64,000 bases of DNA from the human T2T-CHM13v2.0 reference genome, Homo sapiens, in assembly GCF_009914755.1 (NCBI RefSeq), contig NC_060934.1. One strand, 5' to 3'. The notes under the pieces were generated by a model. The model did no database searches, was not told the DNA's origin, and saw only the letters and a list, made by a program, of their open reading frames with translations. Shown here in pieces: positions 1-13,693 of this stretch (its first letter is position 1; each line of letters starts with the position of its first letter). The translations under genes and the position numbers were made by a program.

Positions 1-774
1 ACTTCACCCAAGGGACCACCTGAAATCCCCCCTTAGCTTCATCAAAGCAATGCCCACAGTTACAGATCCCCTGGCAGGCAGTCGCCAGTCCTTTCTGGAA
101 GGAGCTGGGTATAAATTAGAGATCACAGCCTCTCGGATCAGCTGCCATTCTGGCTCTCACCCCTGCCTGCAGGATCTGGCCCGGCTCTCCTCAGAGCGCT
201 GCTCTGAGGGGGTCTCTGCCTACCCTGCAGTGCTTACCTCTTGCCCCTAGCTTTCCTTCCCCCAGACAGCAAATGCTCCTTGGGCTGGTGTTGAGGGGAT
301 GCTCTGGAAGGACTCCCAGAAAGTGGCCTTCCCACTGACCTTGAAAGCCTAGAGCTGACCACACCCAAGTCCCAACCCCCAAGCCCCAGCCCCACTGAGC
401 ACATCCATACCATGTTGGAGGCTGTAAGAAGCTGTGTGAAGCAGCCCTATCTTCATAGCAGGGTCCCGCCCTGCTTGGGGAACTGAGCCAGTTTCCTTGG
501 CTCCCCTCCTGGGGCCCCACCCTCCCTGCCACCACTCACATACAATTTGGCCACATTCCCAAGGCCACATGTGGCACTGGGCTTTCTCTCCCTTCCCCAA
601 CCCCTCTCAGAGGAACCCTAGCCAGGGCCAGCCTAAGCTAGCAGCCATGGATAGATGACATCCAATTGCAAGCATTTCTTTGCCTGGGATACCTGGGGCT
701 CAGCTGGAAGAGCAGAGGCGAGCCAGCCCTGGAGCCAGCCAGCCAGCATGTCAATCAAGCCACCATTTTCTAGC

Positions 775-940
775 CCATGGCTTTGGCAAGTCACTCCTCT
801 GCAAGCTCTGTTTTCCTCATCAGTAAAAATGGAGATACCAATCGCACCCACATCATGAGGGCTGCTGTGAGGATTAAATGAGACAACGCAGGAAAATGCT
901 TAGCACAGGGCAGGGAGTAGGTGCGAAACAGATGTTGGTC
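775..940 (+). mobile_element. MIR SINE fragment
   Basis: MIR core: ttttcctcatcagtaaaaatggagata...tgtgaggattaaatgagacaacgcaggaaaatgcttagcacag. Confidence 0.8.
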
Positions 941-2479
941 AGCTCTGATACAGGGCCTGGGCTCAGAAGAACAGCAAGCTTCCCAGGGCACAAAATATAA
1001 GTCTGAGAGTGAGGGCTTCCTTCAATTTTGTGCCAGATGCCTTGCTTATCTAGTCCCAGTCCTGCTCTGTTAACGTGTGCAGGTGACACAGAGATGCAAA
1101 AAACCTTGAATCACTGGACATTGGTGTCAACCTCCAGGAAGAAGAGAAAGAAACAGGCTCGCCTGCAGGGGGCGCAGTTCCCAGCTCCTGCACCACTTTC
1201 CTCACCTCACTTCCTGGGGCTGTGTTCTCATCTGAAGGGCTAATTGGGTTGGTCCCTCCCCACCATCCCCATCCCAGAGTTGTGTGGAGACCATATAAGA
1301 TAAGGGAGTGAAGGGGCTTTGTATTCTATGGTGGGCTGGACCACTCAAAACATGACGTCCATGACTAGGATCCTTTCCATTCAGCTTCTTCTCCCCAGCT
1401 CAGCCCCATTCCTAACAAGTTGGAAGTCCAGGTATTTAAGGTTTCCATTAAACACATTCAGCTACCACTTGATTCTCTTGCTTCATACCTTTGTAGCTGA
1501 GAAAAAGAAAGCAAAATTATCCAAAACCTAAGTTGGTAATTAAGTGCTCCACAGCAAGACTCACTGGTCTCACTTCCAATTTAATTTTTTAAACCACCAC
1601 CACAAATCACCAATCACCACTTTCACTGACTTAAATTGTAGGGAAAATCAAGGAACAGCTCGGATTTTAATCAATGTTTGCTTCGACCATGAAAAAAGAG
1701 GTTCCTCTTTTGCTTGTCTCTAATCAGGAGTGTTAATTATCTGGTTACATGCTAGCAAATTAATTATGAACTAATGAAGTTAGGAAGTCATTTGTTAAGG
1801 AAAACTGATTACATATTGTTAGCTCTGGGGGATTAAATGGAAAACCACTGTCATGAAAGCAGCTTTAAAAACTAGACCCCATATTTGATCTGAGAGGTTG
1901 CCCAGCTGAAAGGATGAATAATGAAGGTGTCCATGGCCCAAAGGCCACCATCACTGCACCCTCCAGACCAGAGGGACCATTTATCTGCTTCACCAGTTCC
2001 AGGTTAAAAGGCAGTAACTCTAGAAGAGGTTTTCTTTCCTTAGAGTTGAGAGGACATGTGGGTGAGTGAGTGAGACACAGCAAGTCAGCTGGGGGATGCA
2101 GTGATGTGTATATGGCAGGCTCCAACCTGTGGCCCTAAGCCAGCAGTGGCTTCCTGGTGGGTGACTCCAGGGAGGCTGAATGAAAACTATCCCTACTTGC
2201 TGGGGAATAGAATAAGACCCATCGGCCACTCTGCCCTTCATGTGGGTTTCCAGAGGCCACCTTGGAAGAAGCAGAAAGTCTGAGACTGAAGGCAAAATGC
2301 TCAGGCATGGTCAGAGGTTGGTGATCAAAGTCAGGGCTGAATGACCTTCTCTTTCCCATCCTCTTGTCTCTGTGAACCAGGCCTGTAATACAGGAAGGGA
2401 GGAACAGAATGGACTTGCTGGGGTGAAAGTTCATTTAAGGCTTTGATTGCCATGCTAAGAAACTGCTACTTGCAGAACT

Positions 2480-2890
2480 GCTGTTTGCCTACCAATATCC
2501 ATTCTCTCATTCTTAGAAGCAGAATCCTTATTTAATTCACTCAGCAAGAAAACTGTATTTCACAGCCTCCCCTGAACCTGAGTGACTACATTCTGGTCAA
2601 TGAAATGTGAGCAGAGGTTGCTGGGTAGGATTTCTGAGGAAAACAGAAAGCTGATTTTTGTTCTTCTCTGTTTCTTTTTTCTACGTGGAATGTAGATGTG
2701 ATGGCTGGAGCTCAATAATCATCTTGGATCAGAGGCAACTACTTTGAGGATGAAAGCCACTCACCAACAAAGGTGGAGCAGAAAGGCAGAAGGAATCTAT
2801 TTCTGATCACTGTGGGAACCCGTACTAGTTCTGGCCCACCTTTCCCTGGACTTCTACATGAGAGGAAAACCAAAACACCTGATTTCAGGT
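2480..2890. mobile_element. Ancient ERVL-class solo LTR (LTR16/LTR33-like)
   Basis: Motifs ttctggtcaatgaaatgtgagcagagg and gatgtgatggctggagctc...atcttggatc; subfamily uncertain. Confidence 0.55.
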
Positions 2891-3789
2891 GCTTGTGCCA
2901 TGGTTTTAATTTGGGGATGTGGGGAGGCTCTTTCTTTGTTCTGAGTTGAATACTATTTCTAAGTCATGCAACAAGGAACATGGCCATCCTCACTATCAGC
3001 AGTGAGTAGCCCCAAAGGCTTGGTCCTCTCAAAGCTTGCCAGACTGCAAGCAGAAACCACCCAGAAAGGGGAACCCCCCTGTGAAAGTGGAGAGCAGAAA
3101 TCTGGCCATGGTGACCCCCCAACACACTCTAGACACACTGGCCCTGCTCTCCTTCCTGTTGTATCAGAACATTCTAGCCCCCCTGAGCCCACCTATGTGC
3201 TCAGGTAGACAGGACCCACATAGCCATGGGATTTGGCTGGGAGCTGGGCTGCAGAGCCCTTGGCTTCCTGTATCCCATCCTCATCCAGCTCTGCTTGCCA
3301 ACCCTCCCTCTAAGGCCACTGCCCATTGAGGTGACCTCTTTCTAAGTCCCATAAGCCTGTCTGCCTGCCTCTCTAAGAGTTCAGCCAAGAGCAGCTGCTA
3401 TCAGGAGCACCCTCTATCACCATGGTCTTGGAGGACCAGGAAAACAGCCAGTCTCCCTCTCTCCAAGCAGAGGCCTTGGAGATGACCTTCTTCATTCATG
3501 TCATGTAAAAGGGGAAAACTGAGGACAAGAAGGGCAGGGATGTGCCCAGTCTCCAGCCCAACAGAGAGAGAGAGAGACCATCTTTGGCCCCTCCAGCTCC
3601 TCCTAATCCACCCCTCATTCCAGGATGGGAAAATGGAAAGCTTGAGTCATTACAGCCCCCTTAACTAAGGGTTGGAGAGAATTAGACCCAGGATGAGCCA
3701 AACCACACCTCTATATGGCCCACAAAAAGTATTCACTCAGTCATATTCTAGAACAGCATTGTCCACTAGAAATAAATGCCTGTCACATG

Positions 3790-4283
<494 letters not shown>

Positions 4284-4439
4284 TCAATTTACCCTCTGTA
4301 ATATGGGGCTATCAATGCCTCACACCATAGTTGTGGGGATTAAATAGCCTCTCTATGCCTCTGTTTCCTCCTCTCTAAAGGGGATAAGAATGACTTCCTC
4401 ACTGGTTTGCTGTGATGATCAGCACACTCTGCAGCTTGC

Positions 4440-4612
4440 AACAACCACTATTAATAACAACATCTCTCATGGTTCTGAGAGTTGACTAGGCTCAGCTGGG
4501 AGGTTCTCACTTGGAGTTGCTCGTGTCCTTGTGGTTAGATACGAGCAGGAGCTGCAGTCATCTGAAGGCTTGACTGAGCAAACATCCAAAATGGCTTGCT
4601 CAAGTGGCTAGC
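4440..4612 (-). mobile_element. MLT1 (MaLR) LTR fragment, interrupted by the following LTR
   Basis: ggctcagctgggaggttctc...gcagtcatctgaaggcttgactg...atccaaaatggctt; continues briefly after 5184. Confidence 0.55.
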
Positions 4613-5184
4613 TATAGGGTAAATGCACCTGACAGCAATAATTGAAACATATCCTTAGAATGACCACACATGGCAGATGCACCTGAATGTGTGCTCCCAG
4701 TTAGGGAATCCAGGAATGGCCAACCTGGAGAGTCATTACTTATCTATGAGAAACTCTATGATAAACATTTGAAACATCTGAGCTCCACTCCTACCCCCCA
4801 ACCCACCCGCTGCATGTCGCATGGAACAGGGGATGGAGGCCCTGAGTTTTGGGTTAAATGAAGGTTACCAGATTAAGGTTGTTAGAGGGAAGGTGTTAAA
4901 TGAAAATGCTACCAAAACGGCATGATCTTTGCAGGTGATTGCAGTTTTCCTGCCCAGCCCACCGCCTCTGGACCATAGGAAAGGGGATATCTTGTCCAGT
5001 CCACTGCCACAGGACCATTTCTGTATGTGAGGTGGTTCTCCTATCCAGCCTGCTGCCACTGGACCCTCCCCTATATGTAAGCCCCGAATAAAACCCCATG
5101 TCTCATTTGCTACCTCTGGGTCTCTTCTCTGCCACTGGGTTCCAGCGCCTTCCCTATTGAGATTAATAGGGGTTTGGCACAACA
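4613..5184 (+). mobile_element. ERVL solo LTR (LTR18B/LTR32-like)
   Basis: Starts t(a)tagggtaaatgcacctgacagcaataa, has TATA-like tatatgtaa and AATAAA near 5087, ends ggcacaaca; degenerate 5-bp TSD ctagc/ctgac. Confidence 0.75.
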
Positions 5185-5214
5185 CTGACAGTGAATGGGA
5201 CTGCTGGCGGGGGT

Positions 5215-5350
5215 GGGGGCTGCTTTAGACAGGTGGTCAGGGAGGGTTTCTCTGAGGAGGAGAGGAGCTGAGGCCTGAATCGTGAGGAAGCAGATGTGCA
5301 AATGCCTGGAGGAAGCCTCTTTCTAGCTGAACAGCAATGTTGAAGGTGGC
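5215..5350 (-). mobile_element. L2 fragment
   Basis: ggtggtcagggagggtttctctgaggagg...gctgaggcctgaa. Confidence 0.6.
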
Positions 5351-6066
5351 TCTGCTGGAAGACCTAAGTCCCACGGGCAGGTGAACTAAACCAGCCAGTG
5401 AATGAGGCAGCTGATGCGGTCTGCCTTGGAAGTGAGTTCTACAGAAGAAAACAGAACTGCAATGAAGCAGGGCGGGGTGGGGGGTGGCAGGGACGGTAGC
5501 TGCAGGAAGCCTGCCTGGCACATGGCTTGGGAAAGTGAAACTGGGGCCAGGATCCTCCCTCATCCGGGAAACTGCCTCACTTATGTAATCAGGGCCTTCT
5601 AACTGAATTAGGATATTTCTCCATTCTTCAAGTTTTATTATTGCCATCAGCGACAAGTCAGTGACAGCTTGCCCCAGCAGAAATAACATGACCGGAGACA
5701 GAATGCAAGATAACAAGCCTTCTTTTATGAAGTGAGCCCAGCAGGCATGCGAAACACCCCTCGCTCTATTCCCTTCTCTTTGACATGAACAGCTGCACTA
5801 ATGTGAGTTTACCCATCAGATTAAAAATAATTTGCTAAATATCACGGTGGAGTTATTTCTAAGTGGCTTCAGTTACTGTAAGATACATTCACACTCCCTG
5901 CTTAACAGTGAGGTGCAGCTAGACAACAAAAGCAGGGATTTGAGCAAAACTCCAGATAAATTAGACACGTATTCACATTTCAGTTAGGTAGTTTTGTAGC
6001 CTGGGTTATTTAGCTATTTGTCCTTATTTATTTTTTTTTTTTTTTTTGGTATAAATACATGACTAG

Positions 6067-6438
<372 letters not shown>

Positions 6439-6859
6439 TGAACAAAAACTGATGAGGCTATCTTGAGTCAGCACCAAACTAGGCTCTTTGGGGAAATAAT
6501 AAAGTTGAATTAAGACCCAATCCCTGCCCTCAAGTAGTTCACAGCCTGGTGGGAAGGGGTACACAGATACATAAACAACTAAATCTTAAGAAAAAATAGA
6601 AAGAAATAAGAACTGATAGAGGGGTCTCAATACAGGGTGTATGCACAGAAGAATAATTAATTCTGCTGGGAGGAGAGGCAATATGGCTACGCTTATGGAG
6701 GTCGTAGTCATTGAATTGGGCCTTTGGCTGAATGTTTTTGTTTTGTTTGTAATAAAAAGCCAGAGGAAGCCATGTACAAAGACACAGTGTCCTAAAGCCC
6801 CAAACATCAGAGCCAGGGTCGTGCATCTACCCAAGGAGGGATTTTGACTCAAGCATTCA

Positions 6860-7022
6860 AATTGGTTCTCCACACTAGATGAACATCAGAATCACCCAGC
6901 GAGTTTTGAAACACTCCCTGAGCCACATTCTGCAAAGATCCTGACCTAATTGGCCTGGGGTGAAACCTGGGCAGCCTTAGAGTTTGAAGAACCCGCAGGT
7001 GATTCAAATATGCAACCAGATT
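6860..7022. mobile_element. MER5-type hAT MITE
   Basis: tggttctc...catcagaatcacc...caggtgattcaaatatgcaacc. Confidence 0.65.
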
Positions 7023-7202
7023 GTGTTCTCTTCCTGGGGAGAAACAACAAAGGTAGACTAAGCCAGTGGTTCTCAAAGTGAAGTCACCAGGCCAGCTTCA
7101 CCTGGGAAATTGTCAGAAATGCAAATTATCAGGCCCACCTTAGACCCACTGAATCAGAAACTTGGGGTAGGGGTAGACCCAGGAAGATGTGTTTCAACAA
7201 GC

Positions 7203-8110
7203 TGTATTAGTCCATTCTCACGTTGTTATAAAGATACTACACGAGATTGGGTAATTCATTTACTTTTTGAATGTAGGTAATTTATTTAGAAAAATATATT
7301 TTAGACTATAAACATTAAAGATAGTGTTTTAAAATACTTTATTTTTATTTTAATTATTTTAATGTATTTTCTTTTACTTTTTTAAAAGTTTATTAAGTTC
7401 CAGGGTACATGTGCAGGATGTGCAGGTTTGTTAAATAGGTAAACATATGCCATGATGGTTTGCTGCACCTATCAACCCATCACCTAGGTATTAAGCCTAG
7501 TATGCATCAGCTCTTTTCCCTAATGCTCTCCCCTGACCCCGGCTCACCCTCCCCTGACAGGCCCCAGTAAGTGTTTTTCCCCTCCCGGTGTCCATGTGTT
7601 CTCATTGTTCAGCTCCCACTTATAAGTAAGAACATGCGGTATTTGGTTTGCTGTTCCTGCATTAGTTTGCTAGGGATAATGACTTCCAGCTTCATCCATG
7701 TCCCTGTAAAGGAATAACCTCATTCCTTTTTATAGCTGCATAGTATTCCATGGTATATATGTACCACATTTTCTTTATCCAAAAGACTGGGTAATTTATA
7801 AACAAAGGAGGCTTAATTGACTCACAGTTCCACATGGCTGAGGAGGCCTCAGGAAACTTACAATCATGGTGGAGGGAGAAGCAGTCATGTCTTACATGGT
7901 GGCAGGAGAGAGAGAACATGAGCACGCAAAGAGGGAAGAGCCGCCTATAAAACCCTCAGATCTCATGAGAACTCACTCATTATCAGGAGAACAGCATTGG
8001 GGAAACCCGCCCCCATGATCCCAACACCTCCAACTAGGTCCCTCCCTTGACACGTGGGCATTACAATTCCAGATGAGACTGTGGTGGGGACACAGAGCCA
8101 AACTGTATCA
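7203..8110 (-). mobile_element. MSTA-type MaLR solo LTR, interrupted by an L1
   Basis: tgtattagtccattctcac...cagagccaaactgtatca; perfect TSD caagc at 7198-7202 and 8111-8115. Confidence 0.9.
7260..7783 (-). mobile_element. 5'-truncated L1PA 3' end
   Basis: Antisense L1PA 3'UTR (agttccagggtacatgtgcaggatgtgcagg...); TSD agattgggtaattcat/agactgggtaatttat. Confidence 0.9.
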
Positions 8111-8229
8111 CAAGCCCTCCAGGTGACTCTGTTAAGAGCCATTAAACTAATGATAACAGCAGCAGGACAGTGGCAAAGATGCCTTTGTCTGTTATCAGTG
8201 TGTCCTTACATCTTTCTGTAATTCTGCAA

Positions 8230-8400
8230 TAATGAACGCTGCCATTTATGGGGGCACTTGCTGTATGCCTGGTCCGTACACTAACTCACTTTATTGAAAC
8301 TCTTTTAGGTGGGTCTTATTATCACCCCACTGTACAGGTGAAGAATTTGAGGCTTAAAGCTCCTAAGCTTCCTGAAAGTCATACAGCTAATACCCCATGC
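8230..8400 (-). mobile_element. MIR
   Basis: attatcaccccactgtacaggtgaagaatttgaggctt. Confidence 0.6.
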
Positions 8401-9394
8401 AGTTCCAGATCCAAAGCCAGGTTTCCATGCCTTCACATCTGTGCCTGTTCCATTTTGCCCTAGTATGTGTTCTACAATATGTTTTGTAAGTATTGTGTAG
8501 GTGTGGGTACTGGTTAGAGGGGCCTAAGAACCCCCTGCCTAGACAGGGATTGAGAGTCTCCTGATAAGGAGAACAATTCTATTTGCACCTGGAGTTCTGT
8601 CTTTATAGAAACAGCGTGATTGCTTGGGAAGAGGATGCTGACCTAGAACTCTGCTAAGCCTCTGTCAGTTCTCTGGACCTTAGGATAACCCTCTTCCAGG
8701 GGGCAATTTGTTTGAATTGTGAGGTAAGGACCTCAGAGGAAGTAAGAAATAAACAGCCCCTTTAGCAGCTCCGCTTTCTCCTTCTCTTGTGGTTTTGGTC
8801 TGCTAGCACCATCAGCTTGGCAGTCCCGCCCTACTGACAAGGAATCCAGAGGATTTCCAGAAATGTTCTCCCAGAAAGGCAGAGAGGAAGCATAAGAAGG
8901 TAAGTGTGGAGGTGACCTGTACTGCCTCTAGCTGTGGTTGAGCTGAAGGGCTGAGAAGAGCAGCTGGCAGTGCTGCAGTGGCCAGGCTCAGCCAGCCTGG
9001 CCAGCCCTGCAGAGATGGCACCTGCCCACTGCCATCCATCTCCTCTCCCTCCCCACCTCTTCCCCAAAGGCCTTCCTGGTTAGTTCTCCCACGCTCAGTC
9101 CTCTGGCCTCCAGCCAGGACAGCACCTGGGATATGGAGGAAGCAAGATGAGTCACAGCTTTCTGGAAATTGATGGGCTAGGCAAACTCCCAGAGGGCAGA
9201 GGCTGGGTCCAGTGTGCTCCTCCAGAAGCCTTGTCCAGAGTGGGCTATGCCTGGCACATGAGCTACCATTGGAGGAGATATGGGCACCTAAAGTGACCCT
9301 GCATGTGGTCCTGGCTTCTGAGTGTGTCTTTTCTGGCAGGGAGCCAGGACTGGGCTCAAGTGATCAAGGCCCAGGAATTGTTTTCCAAATTTAA

Positions 9395-9530
9395 TGTGTC
9401 TCAAACAGTAATGCTCACCAGGGATCTGCTACCATGCAGCCTCTAATTCAGCACGGCTGGGCCTCTGCATCTCTAACAAGCTCCTACGATGCCAATGATC
9501 CTGGCCCCCGGACCTCACTCTGAGTAGTGA
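9395..9530. mobile_element. MER5A-like fragment
   Basis: ctctaattcagca...ctgcatctctaacaagctcc...gatgccaatgatcctgg...cactctgagtag. Confidence 0.55.
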
Positions 9531-9799
9531 GGAGGATCTAACTTAACCTACTACATTCCCAGGGGTGCTTTGGTCTGAAGAGGAGACATTCCAGCAGGGG
9601 CTGGCAGACGTGTAAAGAGAACAACATCAAGTGGTGAAATAGGTGAGCTTGGGAGTCTAACAAGCAGTCACGTCACTTGTCTGAGCCTTATTTTTCTCAG
9701 CTATTTTAATGAAAATAACTACTTCATTGGAGTTTTTGAGGAATCGAATGTGCTAAAATTTGTAAGATCTGAATTACTTCTTCTGTCCAATCAGAATAT

Positions 9800-10570
9800 T
9801 AAAGATCAAAACGTTTGCTTACGGACATGTGTTTGACCAAGATGGAGTAGTCAGGGCTGCAGTATATGCCTGGGAAGAAACTACCCAAGGCCACAGAGAG
9901 AATTTCTCAAAGCAGAGCCAGAAATAGTGCCTATTCCCACCAGCCCGACTGGAAAACTTCATAATTCATGGGCATTGACTATTCAGAAAAGTCTGGCCTC
10001 AGTAGTGGGGAATAATTAATGCCAGCCTGAGCCCTGCCTACCAAATCGTAAAAGCAAGACCCAAAGGGGTCAAACTGTAAAGGTCAAGAATTCGAAGATA
10101 TCCAACACCCAACAAGGTAAAGTTCACACCATCTGACATCCAATCAAAAATTACAAGGCATGCAAAGAAGAGGAAAAATAGAACCCTAATGAGAAAAATC
10201 AAGCAATCAAAACCCAGAAATGACACAGATGTCAGAAATAGCACACAAGGACATTAAAACAATTATAATTGTATTCCATATGTTCAAAAAGTTACATATG
10301 GAATATATTTTTTAAATGACCAAAATTAAACTTCTAGAGATTAAAACTACAACATCTCAGAACAAAAGCAACACTGGATGTGATTAGTAGATTAGACATT
10401 GCAGAAGATTAATGAATTTGAAAACACAGCAATAGAAATTATCCAAAATGAAATAGGTTTTTTAAAAAGGGATTTTAAAAACTTTAAGAGCATCAGTGAT
10501 CTCTGGAACAACTTCAAGCAACCTATAGCAATAATACACATATAATTGGAATCCCAGAAGAAAGTAAAGG
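9800..10570 (+). mobile_element. Old L1M 5'/ORF1 remnant
   Basis: A-rich ORF1-like text: catccaatcaaaaattacaaggcatgcaaagaag...cagaaatgacacagatg...gattagacattgcagaag. Confidence 0.7.
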
Positions 10571-10743
10571 CTATGAACAGGAAAATATTTGTTTGATTCA
10601 GCAGATATAGGGCAGGGCCCAAGAACTTAAGTTTCCAGGTGATGCTGAAAAACTGCTCCAAGGTAGGAGTTGACAAACTACAGCTTATGGGCCAAATCCA
10701 ACTCGCCACCTGTTTTTGTAAAGTTTTATTGGAACGCAATCAC

Positions 10744-11496
<753 letters not shown>

Positions 11497-11589
11497 TGAG
11501 TTGTTTCAACAGAGACCATGTGGCCTATAAAGCCTAAAATATTTCCTATCTGATCCTTTACAAAAAAGGTTTGTTGATCCCTGCTTTAG

Positions 11590-12570
11590 GGGATATACAG
11601 GAAGAAGTGTGATCCCTGCCTTCATGGAGTTAGCCTTGTAGGGAAGACAAGTAATGACACACACATACAAACACAAGTAAGAATTACATTTGTGTTACGT
11701 GCTGTGAATAAGTACCAGTAAAACCAGTACAATCAGGGAGGCTGAGCAAAGCTTCCTTGAGGAAATGATATTGATGCTGAGGCTTGAAAGAGGAACGGAA
11801 TTGACCAGGCGAACCTTGCAGGAAGAGCTGACCAAGCACCAGAGTTATGTGTGTGAAGGTCCCTTTCTTAGTCAACTCAGGCTGCTATAACAAATTACCA
11901 TAGACTCGGAAGCTTATAAACAACAAATTTATTTCTCACAGTTCTGGAAGCTGGAAGTTGGAGATCAGGATGCCAGCATAGTTGGGTTTTGGTGAGCGCC
12001 CTCTTCTTGGTTATAGAATTCCAACTTTTCATTCTCCCACGGTGAAAAGAGGGTGAGCTAGCTCTCTGGTTTTTTCTTATAAAGCCACTAATACTAATCC
12101 CACCCATAAGGGATCTATCTACCCTCATCACCTGATTACCACCCAAAGGCTCCTTCTCCAAATACCATCACATTGGGGATTGAGTCTCAATGTATGAATC
12201 TGAGGGGGACAAACGTTCAGTGCATAACAGCCCCCAAAGCTGGAAGGAGATCAGCAGGGTGAGCAAGGGGTAGGGGTGGATAGCACGAAGCCTGGGGAGG
12301 AGGAAGGGATGGGGCCAGGCCCTCCCACCAGGTGAGGAGGTAGGTCTGTATCCTAAGAGGACCGGGTTAGCCACTAAAATCCTTAAGCATAGACTACATA
12401 ATTACACTGGCATTTTGAGGCAATTGGTTTGTTGATTGTGTAGACAGTGTGGAGAGTAGATTGGACAAGGACAGAGTGGAAATGGGTGGACGAGTTTGGA
12501 AGTCCCTCCAGGTGAGAAGTGATGGTGACTCAGACTTAGGAGGGCAGGGGAGAGAGAAAACTGGACCATT
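11590..12570 (-). mobile_element. L2 fragments split by an MLT1A LTR
   Basis: atccctgccttcatggag...gcttccttgaggaaatgatattgatgctgagg...; tccaggtgagaagtgatggtgactcagact. Confidence 0.6.
11864..12229 (-). mobile_element. MLT1A-type MaLR solo LTR
   Basis: tcttagtc...ggctgctataacaaattaccatagact...ggacaaacgttcagtgcataaca; TSD gtccc/gcccc. Confidence 0.85.
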
Positions 12571-12782
12571 TCCAAATGCAGGCTTAGATTAGGTTCCGTG
12601 TGGACTCAGGGGGGACCTGGGAGAAGAGGGGCTCTGGGGGTGGGGCAGAGGTCATGGCCAGGAGGAAAGGAGTCTTTACAGGTCACTTCCCTAATTTGCC
12701 ATGCCTCCTGCCTGTCCATCACAACCAGCTGATCCACCCTGTGCCAGCGAGCAGAGGCTCAGTCCCTGGGTCAGGCCCAGCT

Positions 12783-13693
12783 GGGGTGACCAACCATCCC
12801 ATCTGCCCAGGATTGAGGGGTGTTCTGAGAGCCTTCAGCTAAATTGGGGTTCCAGTACCAGCACAGCTGGCAACCCTGCCCTAATGAGAAATGAAGAGGA
12901 GGTGAACATGTTGTTTACAGGACGCCTTTCACACGATCCTTCTACTTGTCGGATGGCCTAATGTCTGGTTATCCAACCTTCAAATGGAGGGTGCCTGGCA
13001 TAGGAAATGTGTTTATGCTGGTAGACGATCTTGTGTCTTGTCTGACCTGTGTCCAGTTTGTGTCTACCTGACCGTCACTCTGGCCCTCCTGGAAGCCCAA
13101 CCTTGTGTTTCTCACCACTCCCATGTCCCAGGGAAAACCCAGTGGGGTAGCCCCCAGTTCTTCAGATGGAAGGCGCAAGTTCGATACACGACCATGACAG
13201 GAAGTCAGTTCAAATATTTTTACTTACAGATCCGGGGCAGGGAAGGCACCATGGGTAAGGAGGGCAGTCCACTGTCCGTGGGTCATGGAATGCAGGAACA
13301 AAGAGTCAAGCAGAGGGAAAGAGACAGAGAGATACAGAGACAGAGAGAGACAGAGAGGCAAAGAGTAGTATATAAGGGAATAGGAAGTGAGTCACCTTAA
13401 GTTCATGGGCAGCTGTCTGAATGGCCCGTTTAAAGGAAGCAGCAGGAAGGCGGGGGCGGGGGAGCCCATCTGCTGGGCGGGAGAGAGGCCTCTAAGTTCT
13501 CACCTGGAGCCGCGGCTTGAGTCATTTGGGTGTGGAGCTGGAAACTGTCTCAAGAGTCTCAAGAGTAACTGAGCCCTGCTTCTGGTAGGAGAAAGTTAAA
13601 TGTGTATCCAAGATGGATGCTGAGGCAACATAAAATTATAAGAATTCACTGCAAAGGTTTCCCAGGGCACAGGACTTTCAGTGTTGGTCAACC
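12783..13693. mobile_element. MER94-type hAT MITE split by MER54 (pieces 12783-12820 and 13654-13693)
   Basis: gggtgaccaaccatccc...ggattgagggg, resuming tttcccagggcacaggactttcagtgttggtca. Confidence 0.65.
12821..13653 (-). mobile_element. MER54-like ERVL solo LTR
   Basis: Reverse strand starts tgcagtgaattcttataattttatgttgcctcagcatccatc and ends ...ctcagaaca (TG...CA). Confidence 0.7.

Larger units (their letters stand above)
7064..8130. mobile_element. MER5A hAT MITE split by an MSTA LTR (pieces 7064-7202 and 8111-8130)
   Basis: cagtggttctcaaagtg...gaaatgcaaatt...actgaatcagaaact...aacaagc, resuming as caagccctccaggtgactct. Confidence 0.8.

Noticed and set aside
6025-6047. Orphan poly(T) as a severely truncated retro-insertion
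   Set aside because: No convincing TSD or element body
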